Source: an uncultured Verrucomicrobiota bacterium
GTDB lineage: Bacteria > Verrucomicrobiota > Verrucomicrobiia > Limisphaerales > PALSA-1396
Assembly: GCA_964651015.1 (NCBI GenBank)
Contig: CAZYYS010000001.1
Coordinates: forward strand, 1 to 54,724
DNA length: 54,724 nt
Direction of reading: 5' to 3'
A program made the position numbers and the translations under genes. Below the pieces are notes generated by a model. The model was not told the DNA's origin and ran no database searches. It was given only the letters and a program-made list of their open reading frames with translations. Positions 1 to 11,114 of this stretch are shown piece by piece (the stretch's first letter is position 1; every line of letters starts with the position of its first letter).

Positions 1-1
1 G

Positions 2-76
2 GATTACTACATCAAGTATTGCCTCGACGAGACGATGAAGGCGCTGGACAAGTATATGAAGTCGGCAAAGGAGTGA
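2..76 (+). CDS. 3' end of an unidentified upstream CDS (partial, ...DYYIKYCLDETMKALDKYMKSAKE*)
   Basis: The frame is open from the window edge to TGA at 74-76. The fragment is too short to assign a family. Confidence 0.3.
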   Translation, partial: DYYIKYCLDETMKALDKYMKSAKE

Positions 77-138
77 GAGCCGACGGCTGAAAAAACGGAT
101 GGTTGCAGATGAACGACCGCCCCACGAACCTCACGCTT

Positions 139-210
139 GTAGCCGCCGAGGTAACGAGGCGGACCTTTCTGGCGCATAACCCTTTCCGCCTCCTGACGTC
201 GGCGGCTACG
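139..210. repeat. Palindromic element, copy A (24-nt arms, 24-nt loop)
   Basis: Left arm is gtagccgccgaggtaacgaggcgg (139-162). Right arm is ccgcctcctgacgtcggcggctac (187-210). The arms are complementary at 21/24 positions. The termini match the copies at 18125 and 53358. Confidence 0.65.
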
Positions 211-297
211 GTTCAAGAGTTCAAGGCGCAAATCCTTCGGGGAATTTTCTCCCCGCGGGAGAAGGATGGGGTGAGGGCGGTCCTAGATCCAAACTTC

Positions 298-2193
298 GTG
301 CCCTTTCTTCGGCGGTCCTCGCATGGGTTACTTGTGCTCTTGGCTACTTTGATATTCTTCTCATGTCTCACCTACGCCGACGACGAGCAGCCAAAGAAGG
401 CCTTCTTCCTTCCCAAAAATCCCACGGCAGCAGCCTACGTTCTCGGTCGCCTTTCGAACAAGGAACTGACCGAAGCTCCACGCAGCGAGTTTGTTTACGT
501 CGCGCTGCTCCAGCGCAAAGGGCTGGAACGGAAGTATCGCGTTGAAGCGCTCGAGGGCCTCGCCAAAGTCCGCAGCACCGACACGTTGACCGAGCTGATT
601 GGCGGCATCGTCGAGCTGGATAAGAAAGGCGATGAGTCCGAACCGGTGGTGCGCGAACTTGCCGTTCTGCTTCTCCAAAGCAAACCGGCTGAACTCAGCG
701 CCAAACGCGGCGACCTGGAGAAACTGACGAGCGAGGCGCAACTGTCGTTGACGCGCCAGATCGGTTTTGCTGCTTTGGTAACGGCTGATGGCTCAAGCGA
801 CAAGACATGGCAACAGGTCGCATCAGACTCGGCTAAACTGGCGGAATTGCTTCTATCCGTTCCTTTGATCCGTGACGCCAATCTCCGTGCTGGTCTGTAT
901 CCAAAAGTCGAGCCCTTGCTCCATCAAACCGATCCCGCTGAAGTTCGTCGCGCGGCGATTGCCGCGATGGTCGCTCTGCCCGGCCACGATGCCGAGACGT
1001 TCAACACACTTGCCAGCTTGGTAAAGGCGGGAACCGAACGCCCCACCGCGATCGTCAGCCTCCAACGGATTCCACGCAAGTCATGGCCAAAGGACCAGGC
1101 CGAGACATTGATCCAAAGCCTTCTCGGCTATCTTCAAAGCGTGCCGGTGGACAAACGCACGGAGCCAGATGTGATCAGCGCGTTTCAGTTCGCCAGCGAT
1201 CTGGCAGGATTGTTGCCGCCGGAGAAAGCCGCCACAGTCGCCAGGACGCTTCGCGGCATTGGCGTCAGTGTCTTTGTCATCCGTGCAATCCCGGAGCAGA
1301 TGCTTTACGACAAAACGCTCATCGTCGCGGAGGCTGGCAAACCTGTAGAGATCATCCTCATCAACGATGATGCCATGCCGCACAATCTAGTTGTCACAAT
1401 GCCGGGTGCGATTGAGGAGGTCGGTGTTGCCGCGGAAAAAATGCCTCCCGAGCCAGACGCGCAGGGCCGGCTTTACACCCCCGATTCGCCCAAGGTTCTC
1501 CACGCGAGCAAATTGGTTGATCCAGGGCAGCAGACCAAGTTGAGCTTCATCGCGCCGACCGAGTCGGGTGATTATCAGTATGTCTGCACGTTTCCAGGTC
1601 ATTGGCGGCGCATGAACGGCACGCTGGCCGTGGTAAAAGATGTTGAGGCCTATCTGGCCAGCCACGCTGCATCATCCAGACCGAAAATGACCGAGTGGAA
1701 AATTGATGACGTTGCATCGGACCTTGCCAAAGCTGGCGCCGGGCGAAACTTCGAGCGGGGCAAGGACCTTTTTACCAAACTCGCTTGCGCTTCATGCCAC
1801 AAACTCGGCCCAGCAGGAGTCAATTACGGCCCTGACCTGACCGACACGTTCAAACAGCATCACAACAATCGAGCAGAGGTCTTGCGCCAGATCCTCGAAC
1901 CCTCGCTCGTCGTCAGCAATCGTTACCAGAACGTCCAGTTCGAGATGAAAAACGGTGACGAGTTACTGGGCATGATCGTCAAGGATAACGGCGAAAGTCT
2001 GGTGGTGCAGTTGGGCCCCTCTGATGCGCTGATTCAGACCCTTAAAAAAACCGACATCAAATCGCAGCAGCCGCAAAACTCGTCCCCGATGCCGCTCGGT
2101 CTGCTCAATGTTCTCTCGAAAGAGGAGATTTTCGATCTGCTCGCCTACCTCGAATCCGGTGGGAAACCGCAGCCCCACGAGCATCATCCTTGA
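298..2193 (+). CDS. Secreted HEAT-repeat / azurin-like cupredoxin / c-type cytochrome fusion protein (PVC-type heme-binding domain)
   Basis: A signal-like segment (RRSSHGLLVLLATLIFFSCLTYA) follows an in-frame GTG at 298. The type-1 copper site is azurin-like (PHNLVV ... YVCTFPGHWRRMNGTL). A CxxCH heme motif (CASCHKLG) is followed by the tail typical of the Pirellula/Verrucomicrobium heme-binding domain. The ORF is open from TTG 103 / ATG 109, so the start is uncertain. Confidence 0.8.
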   Translation: MPFLRRSSHGLLVLLATLIFFSCLTYADDEQPKKAFFLPKNPTAAAYVLGRLSNKELTEAPRSEFVYVALLQRKGLERKYRVEALEGLAKVRSTDTLTELIGGIVELDKKGDESEPVVRELAVLLLQSKPAELSAKRGDLEKLTSEAQLSLTRQIGFAALVTADGSSDKTWQQVASDSAKLAELLLSVPLIRDANLRAGLYPKVEPLLHQTDPAEVRRAAIAAMVALPGHDAETFNTLASLVKAGTERPTAIVSLQRIPRKSWPKDQAETLIQSLLGYLQSVPVDKRTEPDVISAFQFASDLAGLLPPEKAATVARTLRGIGVSVFVIRAIPEQMLYDKTLIVAEAGKPVEIILINDDAMPHNLVVTMPGAIEEVGVAAEKMPPEPDAQGRLYTPDSPKVLHASKLVDPGQQTKLSFIAPTESGDYQYVCTFPGHWRRMNGTLAVVKDVEAYLASHAASSRPKMTEWKIDDVASDLAKAGAGRNFERGKDLFTKLACASCHKLGPAGVNYGPDLTDTFKQHHNNRAEVLRQILEPSLVVSNRYQNVQFEMKNGDELLGMIVKDNGESLVVQLGPSDALIQTLKKTDIKSQQPQNSSPMPLGLLNVLSKEEIFDLLAYLESGGKPQPHEHHP

Positions 2194-2278
2194 CCGGCGC
2201 TTGGTTCCTATAGCAGCGCACTTGGGTTGTGGGTTGAGTAACCGCCCTCTTAACGGTGAGCCGCGCGTCGCAATCGAC

Positions 2279-5200
2279 TCATGCCCGCAACCGAAGCAAC
2301 AAGTCTTTTATTTCGACTGATTCGCCGACTTGGACGCAGATTTCATCCACCAGACCATCCGCAGACGAATAGAGGGTCGTCTGCATTTTCATCGCCTCCA
2401 TCATCATCAGTTTATCGCCTTTGGCAACCTTGGTTCCGACACTCACGGCGATCGCCGTGACAATCCCTGGAATCGGCGCACCTGTTTGCAAGGGATCAGT
2501 CGAGTCGGCTTTGGGTCGGCTTTTGGTTTTAGGTTGCACCGAACGGTCGAGCACCGTCGCCTCGCGCGGCATACCATTTAATTCAAAGTTGATCGTCCTC
2601 TGGCCGTCGTTATCCACTGGCCCCACGTTGATCAACTTGACGAACAGCGTTTTCCCCTCCTCGATATTTACGGAAATTTCGTCGCCCGGCTTCAGGCCAT
2701 AAAAAAACGCCGAAGTTGGCAGGACGGATACGTTGCCGTAATCACGGGAAAATTTGGCAAACGTCTCATGCACGTCCGGATACATGAGGTGGCTGTAAAG
2801 ATCATCATCGGTGATCTCGCGTTTGAAGCGCAGGGAAAGATCAGCTTTGGCTTTCTTAAAATTCAACGGGCGCAGTTGCGAACCAGGCCGCCCACGAATC
2901 GGTTTCCTCTTTCCAAGGACGACGCGTTGTAACTTTTTTGGCCAGCCACCCAGGGGTTGTCCCAATCCGCCGGAAATCATATCGATCACGGATTCCGGAA
3001 AGGGCGTTGCGCCCGGTTCCAGGTTGAGCACATCCGACGGCTTGATGCCGCGCGAGATGAGAAACATGGTCATATCACCGACCACCTTGCTGCTGGGCGT
3101 GACTTTGACGATGTCGCCAAAGAGTTGGTTGACTTCGGCGTAGCACCTCGCAATCTCCGGCCAACGATGGCCCAAGCCCATGCTGGCCGCCTGTTCTTTG
3201 AGGTTTGTGTATTGGCCGCCGGGCATTTCGTGATCATACACTTCCGCGCTACCACTGGCCGGCGAGGTGTCGAACGGCGCATACAACGTGCGCACTTGCT
3301 CCCAATAGTCGGCACATTCGTTGAGCGCGACCAGATCCAGACCGGTGTCGCGCGGCGTATGCTTCAACGCGGCCACAACCGAGTTCAAATTTGGCTGGCT
3401 CGTTGATCCTGACATGGAGGCGATCGCCAAATCCACCACGTCCACACCGGCATCGCTGGCACGTAGAACGGAAGCTGAATTGACGCCGCTGCTGTCGTGA
3501 GTGTGGAAATGAATGGGAAGTCCGATCTCCTCGCGTAAAGCCTTCACCAGATTGAAGGCCGCATACGGACGGCACAGCCCCGCCATATCCTTGATTGCCA
3601 GGAAGTGGGCACCCATTTTTTCCAGCTCGCGCGCCAGCTTGACGTAATACCGGAGAGAGTATTTGGAGCGCCTGCGATCCAGGATGTCGCCGGTGTAGCA
3701 GATGGCCGCCTCGCAGATTGCGTGCGTCTTTTGCACCGCCTCCATCGCCACTTTGAGATTCGGCAGGTAATTCAGCGAGTCGAAGATGCGAAAAATATCA
3801 ATCCCCTGCTCCGCCGCGTGTCTGACGAACCCCGCGACGACGTTGTCAGGGTAATTGGAGTACCCCACCGCGTTAGCGCCGCGAAACAGCATTTGAAAGC
3901 AAATATTCGGAACCCGCTCCCGCAACTGGCGCAAACGTCGCCAAGGGTCTTCACGCAAAAAACGCATCGCAGTGTCGAAGGTCGCCCCACCCCACAGTTC
4001 CAGACTGAACAGTTGTGGAGTTCGGCGTGCGACGGCGTCGGCGACAGCCAGCATGTCGTAGGTTCGCACTCTGGTGGCCAGCAACGATTGGTGCGCGTCC
4101 CGAAAAGTGGTGTCAGTTACTAGCAATCGCTTTTGTCTTAGTGTCCAGCGCGCAAATTTCTCCGGCCCTAGCTCCAGCAGTAGCTGTCTCGTTCCTTTGG
4201 GGGGAATTTGTTTGTGATCGTACGTTGGCGCAACCACCATGGCGCGCGGCATCTTTTGAGTGCGACTCTTCACCTGAGGATTTCCGTTGACAATCACATC
4301 GGCCAGGAACGCCAGCAGCCGCGTGGCGCGGTCCCGTCGCGGTTTGAAAGCAAACAGTTCCGGAGTGGTGTCAATCAGCGTGGTGGTGGCGCCGCCGGAT
4401 CGGAAGGTTTCATTTTCGATGACGTTTTCCAAAAATGGGATGTTGGTTTTCACACCCCGGATGCGGAATTCGCGCAGTGACCGATCCATGCGCTGGAGCG
4501 CCAGGGAAAAAGTTCTCCCCGACGCGGTGATCTTCACCAGTAAAGAATCATAAAAGGGCGTGATGACACTGCCGGCGTCACCCATGCCGCCATCGAGCCG
4601 AACCCCAAAACCTGCCGCCGAGCGATAGGTGAGAATCTTGCCATAGTCCGGCATGAATTTGTTTTCCGGATCCTCGGTGGTCACGCGGCACTGGACCGCA
4701 TAGCCCATGCGAGGGATCTCATTCTGCGGCGGTAAATCCAGTTCAGCTCCATGCAACCGGTGGCCCTGCGCCACAAGAATCTGCGAGCGAACCAAGTCGA
4801 TGCCCGTAATTACTTCAGTGACGGTGTGCTCAACCTGAATGCGCGGGTTCATCTCGATGAAGAACCATTCCTTGCGATCAATGTCATACAGGAATTCAAC
4901 TGTCCCTGCATTATCGTAATTCACCTCCGCCGCCATGCGCGCGGCGGCTTCACATAATTCGGCCCTAATCTTCTCGTCCAACCCGACCGACGGCGCTATT
5001 TCAACCACCTTTTGATGGCGGCGTTGAACGGAGCAATCGCGTTCGTGCAAATGGAGAACGTTGCCATGCTGGTCGCCCAGCACCTGAACCTCGATATGCT
5101 TGGCTCGGGGAATATATTTCTCCAAAAAAACAGCAGCGTTGCCAAAAGCGCGCTCCGCTTCGTTGCGGGCCTCGTCCAGCAGATTGGCCAGCTCCGATTG

Positions 5201-5794
5201 CTTCTCAACCACTCGCATCCCGCGCCCACCGCCGCCGAAAGCCGCCTTGATGATCAACGGATAACCGATTTCGTTCGCGACCTTGATCGCCTGAGCCCGA
5301 TCTTCGATGGCTTCGCTCGTGCCCGGCAGCGTGGGTATTTTGAGCCTGGCTGCCAAGGCACGCGCGGCAACTTTGTCCCCCATCAATTCCAGCAATTCCG
5401 GGCGCGGACCGATGAAAGTGATTCCTGCCTGTTCGCAAGCGCACGCAAACTCCGCGTTCTCGGCCAGAAAACCATAGCCGGGATGAATCATGTCCACTGA
5501 CCTCTCCTTCGCTAACGTAATAATGCCGGGAATATCAAGGTACGCTCCGACGGGCCCTTTGCCCACGCCAACCAGATAGGCTTCGTCCGCTTTGAATCGG
5601 TGAATGGATAAGCGGTCCTCCTGCGCGTAGATCGCAATCGTGCGAAAACCTAATTCAGTGGCAGCGCGAAAAACGCGGATCGCAATTTCGCTCCGATTGG
5701 CCACCAGAAGCTTCTTGCCCGTTCCGGCCTGGAGCGGTGGATTGCCTTTTGTCTTTCCACTCGAAGGACTGTTGATGTTTCTGGACGAGCTCAT
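2279..5794 (-). CDS. pyc: Pyruvate carboxylase (single-chain: biotin carboxylase + carboxyltransferase + biotinyl domain)
   Basis: N-terminal biotin carboxylase ATP-grasp motifs are present (KLLVANRSEIAIRVFRA, EMNPRIQVEHTVTE). A central HMGL-like carboxyltransferase carries FHTHDSSG. The C-terminal biotinylation motif is EAMKMQ. ATG at 5794 is preferred over the TTG-extended ORF starting at 5878. Confidence 0.95.
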   Translation of the reverse strand: MSSSRNINSPSSGKTKGNPPLQAGTGKKLLVANRSEIAIRVFRAATELGFRTIAIYAQEDRLSIHRFKADEAYLVGVGKGPVGAYLDIPGIITLAKERSVDMIHPGYGFLAENAEFACACEQAGITFIGPRPELLELMGDKVAARALAARLKIPTLPGTSEAIEDRAQAIKVANEIGYPLIIKAAFGGGGRGMRVVEKQSELANLLDEARNEAERAFGNAAVFLEKYIPRAKHIEVQVLGDQHGNVLHLHERDCSVQRRHQKVVEIAPSVGLDEKIRAELCEAAARMAAEVNYDNAGTVEFLYDIDRKEWFFIEMNPRIQVEHTVTEVITGIDLVRSQILVAQGHRLHGAELDLPPQNEIPRMGYAVQCRVTTEDPENKFMPDYGKILTYRSAAGFGVRLDGGMGDAGSVITPFYDSLLVKITASGRTFSLALQRMDRSLREFRIRGVKTNIPFLENVIENETFRSGGATTTLIDTTPELFAFKPRRDRATRLLAFLADVIVNGNPQVKSRTQKMPRAMVVAPTYDHKQIPPKGTRQLLLELGPEKFARWTLRQKRLLVTDTTFRDAHQSLLATRVRTYDMLAVADAVARRTPQLFSLELWGGATFDTAMRFLREDPWRRLRQLRERVPNICFQMLFRGANAVGYSNYPDNVVAGFVRHAAEQGIDIFRIFDSLNYLPNLKVAMEAVQKTHAICEAAICYTGDILDRRRSKYSLRYYVKLARELEKMGAHFLAIKDMAGLCRPYAAFNLVKALREEIGLPIHFHTHDSSGVNSASVLRASDAGVDVVDLAIASMSGSTSQPNLNSVVAALKHTPRDTGLDLVALNECADYWEQVRTLYAPFDTSPASGSAEVYDHEMPGGQYTNLKEQAASMGLGHRWPEIARCYAEVNQLFGDIVKVTPSSKVVGDMTMFLISRGIKPSDVLNLEPGATPFPESVIDMISGGLGQPLGGWPKKLQRVVLGKRKPIRGRPGSQLRPLNFKKAKADLSLRFKREITDDDLYSHLMYPDVHETFAKFSRDYGNVSVLPTSAFFYGLKPGDEISVNIEEGKTLFVKLINVGPVDNDGQRTINFELNGMPREATVLDRSVQPKTKSRPKADSTDPLQTGAPIPGIVTAIAVSVGTKVAKGDKLMMMEAMKMQTTLYSSADGLVDEICVQVGESVEIKDLLLRLRA

Positions 5795-6002
5795 ATTTGT
5801 CCGCGTGTTTATAGGAGCATCTCGAAAAGAACGCAAAACATTGCTGACACTTTTTGATGCTTGTTCGGAGCACCGCAAGCTTCGAGGATATCGTTGCGCA
5901 AGGCTTCGCCGAAGACGCGACTTACCGAAATACTCACCACCTTTGGTTCAGGTTCAGTGGGCTGAGTAACCAAGAAACCGACGTGTATCTGTCAACATTT
6001 TG

Positions 6003-9000
6003 TCATTTAGGTGTCGCCACCTGTTGCGTGTGCATGAGGTAGCCAACCAGGTCGCTCCGGTCGTCCGGCTGAAGCGATTCGAGCAACCCCTCAGGCATGA
6101 GAGACAACGCCGACTCTTGCAAAGATTCAATCTCCGTCCGTTCAATCGTAGTCAAACCAGTCTGGCCTTGAATCGTCACAGTCTTTGCCGTCTGGTCTCG
6201 GACCACGCCGTTGAGCACACGACCGTCCTTCAACGTCGCCACAGTCATTCGGAAGTCAGACGGGACCACCGCGCTGGGATCAACGAGATTCTCGATCAAG
6301 TAGTCGAGATTCGCACGACCGGAACCGGTGAGGTCTGGACCGACGTTGCCGCCCTGGCCATAGAGCTGGTGGCAAACGGCACAAACTCGATCAAACAATC
6401 GGCGACCGTGAGGCAGGTTAGCAGACTTGAGGCGCTCTTTGGAAAGTTCCTCTCGAAAGCGATCTATGCTCGCTCGCTTTGCGCTGTCACTGCTACGAAC
6501 GACACCCCAGACTTCGCTTAACCTCTTCGTAAGACTCGCGTCGTTTAAACTCGCAATCTGACGTGCTTGGAAAGGCGCAAGTTCCTCCCGCGGAATTCGT
6601 CGATCAGCGATGGCTTCGAGCAATACAGTCGCCGCTCCGGGCCGAGTAACCATTGCGCCAAGTATCCGGGCGCGGTCGTTGGCTGTTCCCGACTGGTAAC
6701 GGCCGAGGCCAAGGCGGGGGCCGTCCGCATCACCGATCTCAAGTAAACCAATCGTTGCGTCCATCCGCAGAGTTTCGTCCCTGGCCATCTGCCTTAGCAC
6801 TGGGGCTAGATTGTCAGCGTTGCTGTCGAGCAATGTGCGAAGCGCGCTTCGGCGGGCTGAAGGATCGGCGGCAGTGTCGGTCAGAATCTGTCGAACATCG
6901 CCCAGCGCACGGCCATCGCCAAAGATGGCACTCAAGTCGCGCGCCCGATCTGCGATCTCGGTGTTCTTGCTCGTTGAACAGCGGCCAGCAAAAGAGGCCC
7001 AACCCGTCGGCGCTGGGGCTTTCCGCCAACCGCGCAACGCCTCGTTCATACCGCGCAAACAATCCTGTGCTTGCAGCGTGAAGGCGTCGCCCGCGTTCTC
7101 AATTGCAACCAGCAGTCGCTCCAACCCGTTTGGTTTCGCTTCGATGTCCTCTGTCAGCCGGCGCGCGGTGAACTGTCGCACGATGCGATCCCGGCTAGCC
7201 ACTGCCAATTCGACACCAGTCTCGGGCGCCGCCCCGACAAGCGGCTCGATACCGTACCAGATCATCAGGCCGAGGTTGTGGTCGTCTGCGTCCTCGGCAT
7301 GGCGGGCGAGCGCGAGCGCGAGATCGCGCCGCGCGTCAAGTGGCAGCTTCTGAAGTGCGGCAGCCAGGTAAAGGCGGACAAGCGCTGAGGAATCGACACG
7401 GGCAAGTTCCGTAAACCTTGTCGCGACTACCGGCACCAGAATTGAATTCTTCGAACCAGCTTCACTACGAGCTGAACTGTGTCCTTCGACGTCAGCTGCC
7501 GCAAGGTCAGCAAGCAAACGCACGGCCCAACTTCGGACGTACTCGTCGGGATCGTGAGTTAGCTTGAGCAACCAATCACTTGACGCAGCGCCAACCGCAT
7601 TTAAGGCCCAAAGAGCTTTCAGTCTTGTTGGAGTTTTCGGCTCGTTGGCGAAAGCTCGTTGTAGCTCATTGATGACACCCGGCGTTTTCCCGCTCTCGAA
7701 TGCACGATCAATCAAGACTCGTCGCGCCTGACGCACTGCCCATTCGTTTTTCGCCAAGAGCGGCGAAACCAGTTGTTTGTCCGAGAGCTTGGTTAAGTCG
7801 CCGAAACCAAGCATTTTGGTTTTACCAAAAGTAATCTTGTAGATTCGACCGGAACTGCGATGGACGCCATCGCTGTCATGGCATTCACCCGTATCCGACC
7901 AGTCGGCGACAAATACACCGCCATCCGGGCCCTGAATCAGATCAATTCCACGAAACCACGGATCGTCCACCCTCAGAAAATCCGGCTCATGCTTGCCCAC
8001 GTATCCTGAACCTCGCCTTTCGAGTCGATCTATATTGATCCGCCGGCCATGGAAATTCAGCGTAAAGAGTTTGCCACAATACTTGTCCGGCCAGTTGTCA
8101 CCTTGATAAATCATCAGGCCGGTGTGGGCATGTCCCCCGCCCAAGGCGTCGCTGCCGGCGGCAAAAGAGCTGCCATCCGCCGCCGCACGGGATTTCGTCC
8201 AACCGGCGCCGGTGTCGAAGTGGTAATGGTCAGCGTGTTGCCCGATAAGGCCATAGCTGCGTGAGTTGACATCGTCGCCATGCATGCGCCGGAAGTGCGC
8301 ACCGGGAATTGCGTGCCAAAGATGGCCGATAACAGTATTGATGAAGAATGGTTCACCGACTTCATTCCAATCGAGTCCCCAAGGATTCGTGGTGCCATGG
8401 CACACCGCCTCAAAGACGTGTCGCCCGGGATGATAGCGCCAGATGCCGCCGTTCATCAGCACGCGCTCTGACTCGGGCGTGCCTGGCCGGCCAACGCGCG
8501 CCTGGCTGGAGATGCCGACACGACCCCAAAGCCAACCGTCCGGCCCCCATTTTAGACCGTTGGCGAAGGTGTGGTGATTGCCACTGGTCGTATTAAACCC
8601 GTCGAGCAACACTTCAGGTGGTCCATCAGGGATATCATCGCGGTTCCGGTCGGGGAGGAACAAGAGTCGCGGTGGGGACAGCAAAAACGCGCCACCCAGG
8701 CCGACCTCCACACTGGTGAGAATCTGCGCCCGGTCGAAAAACACGGTCCGTTTGTCAAAGTGGCCATCGTTATCCGTGTCCTCGAAAATGAGTACTCGAT
8801 CGAAGAGATTGGTGGCAAATTTCACCTTCGCCTCCGCATACGTAAAATTCTCCGCAACCCAAAGACGCCCGCGCGGATCGAACGTCATGGCAATGGGCTG
8901 GCGAACATCTGGTTCGTTGGCGAACAGGGTAACCTGGAAACCCTCGGGCAGTTCGAAGGTGCGGGCAGCTTGTTCGGCGGAAATGAGTGCGCCGCGCGCC

Positions 9001-9092
9001 TCGGAATCGGAAGGCTCGGGGAAGTCTCCGGCGTTAAGTGCCGGCAACAAGGTAAGGGCTAGCGCCAAGAGGCCCAACAGTGTAAGTGGCAT
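6003..9092 (-). CDS. Secreted PVC-type 'membrane-bound dehydrogenase domain' / HEAT-repeat / cytochrome c protein
   Basis: It starts with a signal peptide (MPLTLLGLLALALTLLPALNA). The N-terminal propeller-like domain is typical of Pirellula/Verrucomicrobium proteins. The central region is HEAT-like helical repeats. The C-terminus carries CxxCH (CAVCHQLYGQGGNVGPDL). Confidence 0.8.
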   Translation of the reverse strand: MPLTLLGLLALALTLLPALNAGDFPEPSDSEARGALISAEQAARTFELPEGFQVTLFANEPDVRQPIAMTFDPRGRLWVAENFTYAEAKVKFATNLFDRVLIFEDTDNDGHFDKRTVFFDRAQILTSVEVGLGGAFLLSPPRLLFLPDRNRDDIPDGPPEVLLDGFNTTSGNHHTFANGLKWGPDGWLWGRVGISSQARVGRPGTPESERVLMNGGIWRYHPGRHVFEAVCHGTTNPWGLDWNEVGEPFFINTVIGHLWHAIPGAHFRRMHGDDVNSRSYGLIGQHADHYHFDTGAGWTKSRAAADGSSFAAGSDALGGGHAHTGLMIYQGDNWPDKYCGKLFTLNFHGRRINIDRLERRGSGYVGKHEPDFLRVDDPWFRGIDLIQGPDGGVFVADWSDTGECHDSDGVHRSSGRIYKITFGKTKMLGFGDLTKLSDKQLVSPLLAKNEWAVRQARRVLIDRAFESGKTPGVINELQRAFANEPKTPTRLKALWALNAVGAASSDWLLKLTHDPDEYVRSWAVRLLADLAAADVEGHSSARSEAGSKNSILVPVVATRFTELARVDSSALVRLYLAAALQKLPLDARRDLALALARHAEDADDHNLGLMIWYGIEPLVGAAPETGVELAVASRDRIVRQFTARRLTEDIEAKPNGLERLLVAIENAGDAFTLQAQDCLRGMNEALRGWRKAPAPTGWASFAGRCSTSKNTEIADRARDLSAIFGDGRALGDVRQILTDTAADPSARRSALRTLLDSNADNLAPVLRQMARDETLRMDATIGLLEIGDADGPRLGLGRYQSGTANDRARILGAMVTRPGAATVLLEAIADRRIPREELAPFQARQIASLNDASLTKRLSEVWGVVRSSDSAKRASIDRFREELSKERLKSANLPHGRRLFDRVCAVCHQLYGQGGNVGPDLTGSGRANLDYLIENLVDPSAVVPSDFRMTVATLKDGRVLNGVVRDQTAKTVTIQGQTGLTTIERTEIESLQESALSLMPEGLLESLQPDDRSDLVGYLMHTQQVATPK

Positions 9093-9149
9093 AAATCCAA
9101 GGGGACATGCGTTTAGCCTGGCAACCCTGTCAAGTCGAACCTTACCAAC

Positions 9150-9560
9150 CTACCGGGGTGTCCGACGCTTCACTTTCAACTGGGCGAGAGAATGAGCTAG
9201 CGCCGCGCTGGCAGAGGCGATTTCAGAGTCATCGAGCTTTTCAGCGAGGCGGGCTTCGGCACGGCGGCGGGCCTCTTCGGCTTTTGCTTCATCGATATTC
9301 TCAGCCTTGATGGCCATGTCAGTGAGAATTGAAACGCGCTCTCCGGTGATTTCCACGAAACCTTCACCCACTGCAAGGAAAAATTCCTGGCCGCCCTTGC
9401 GGACCGAGATTTCTCCCGCCGTGAGCTGCGTCATCAACGGAACGTGCATCGGAAATATACCCATCTCGCCCTCGACTCCAGGCAACGTAACCATGTCCAC
9501 GTCCTCCGAGTAAACCTTGGCGTCCGGCGTGACGATTTCGAGTTTCAGCGTAGCAGCCAT
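9150..9560 (-). CDS. atpC: F1 ATP synthase epsilon subunit
   Basis: The N-terminus is the usual beta-sandwich opening (LKLEIVTPD...VTLPGVEGEMGI). The C-terminus is a helical hairpin. It is the last gene of the atp operon. Confidence 0.9.
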   Translation of the reverse strand: MAATLKLEIVTPDAKVYSEDVDMVTLPGVEGEMGIFPMHVPLMTQLTAGEISVRKGGQEFFLAVGEGFVEITGERVSILTDMAIKAENIDEAKAEEARRRAEARLAEKLDDSEIASASAALAHSLAQLKVKRRTPR

Positions 9561-9624
9561 TTTTTCTTTGAATCCTTACATCGTGAATCGTGGAAGCGAG
9601 TAAACGATTCAACGGTTCGAGAAA

Positions 9625-11109
<1,485 letters not shown>

Positions 11110-11114
11110 TCAAA

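Noticed and set aside
5795-5878. TTG/GTG-extended N-termini in the ORF track. The coordinates given are the pyc extension. Others are atpD 11080-11106, atpH 14024-14065, secA 30362-30388, S41-like 40222-40320, uvrD 49246-49317, HD 50226-50327 and ABC 52311-52331.
   Set aside because: In each case an internal ATG coincides with the conserved family N-terminus or with a signal peptide. The extensions are therefore probably untranslated.
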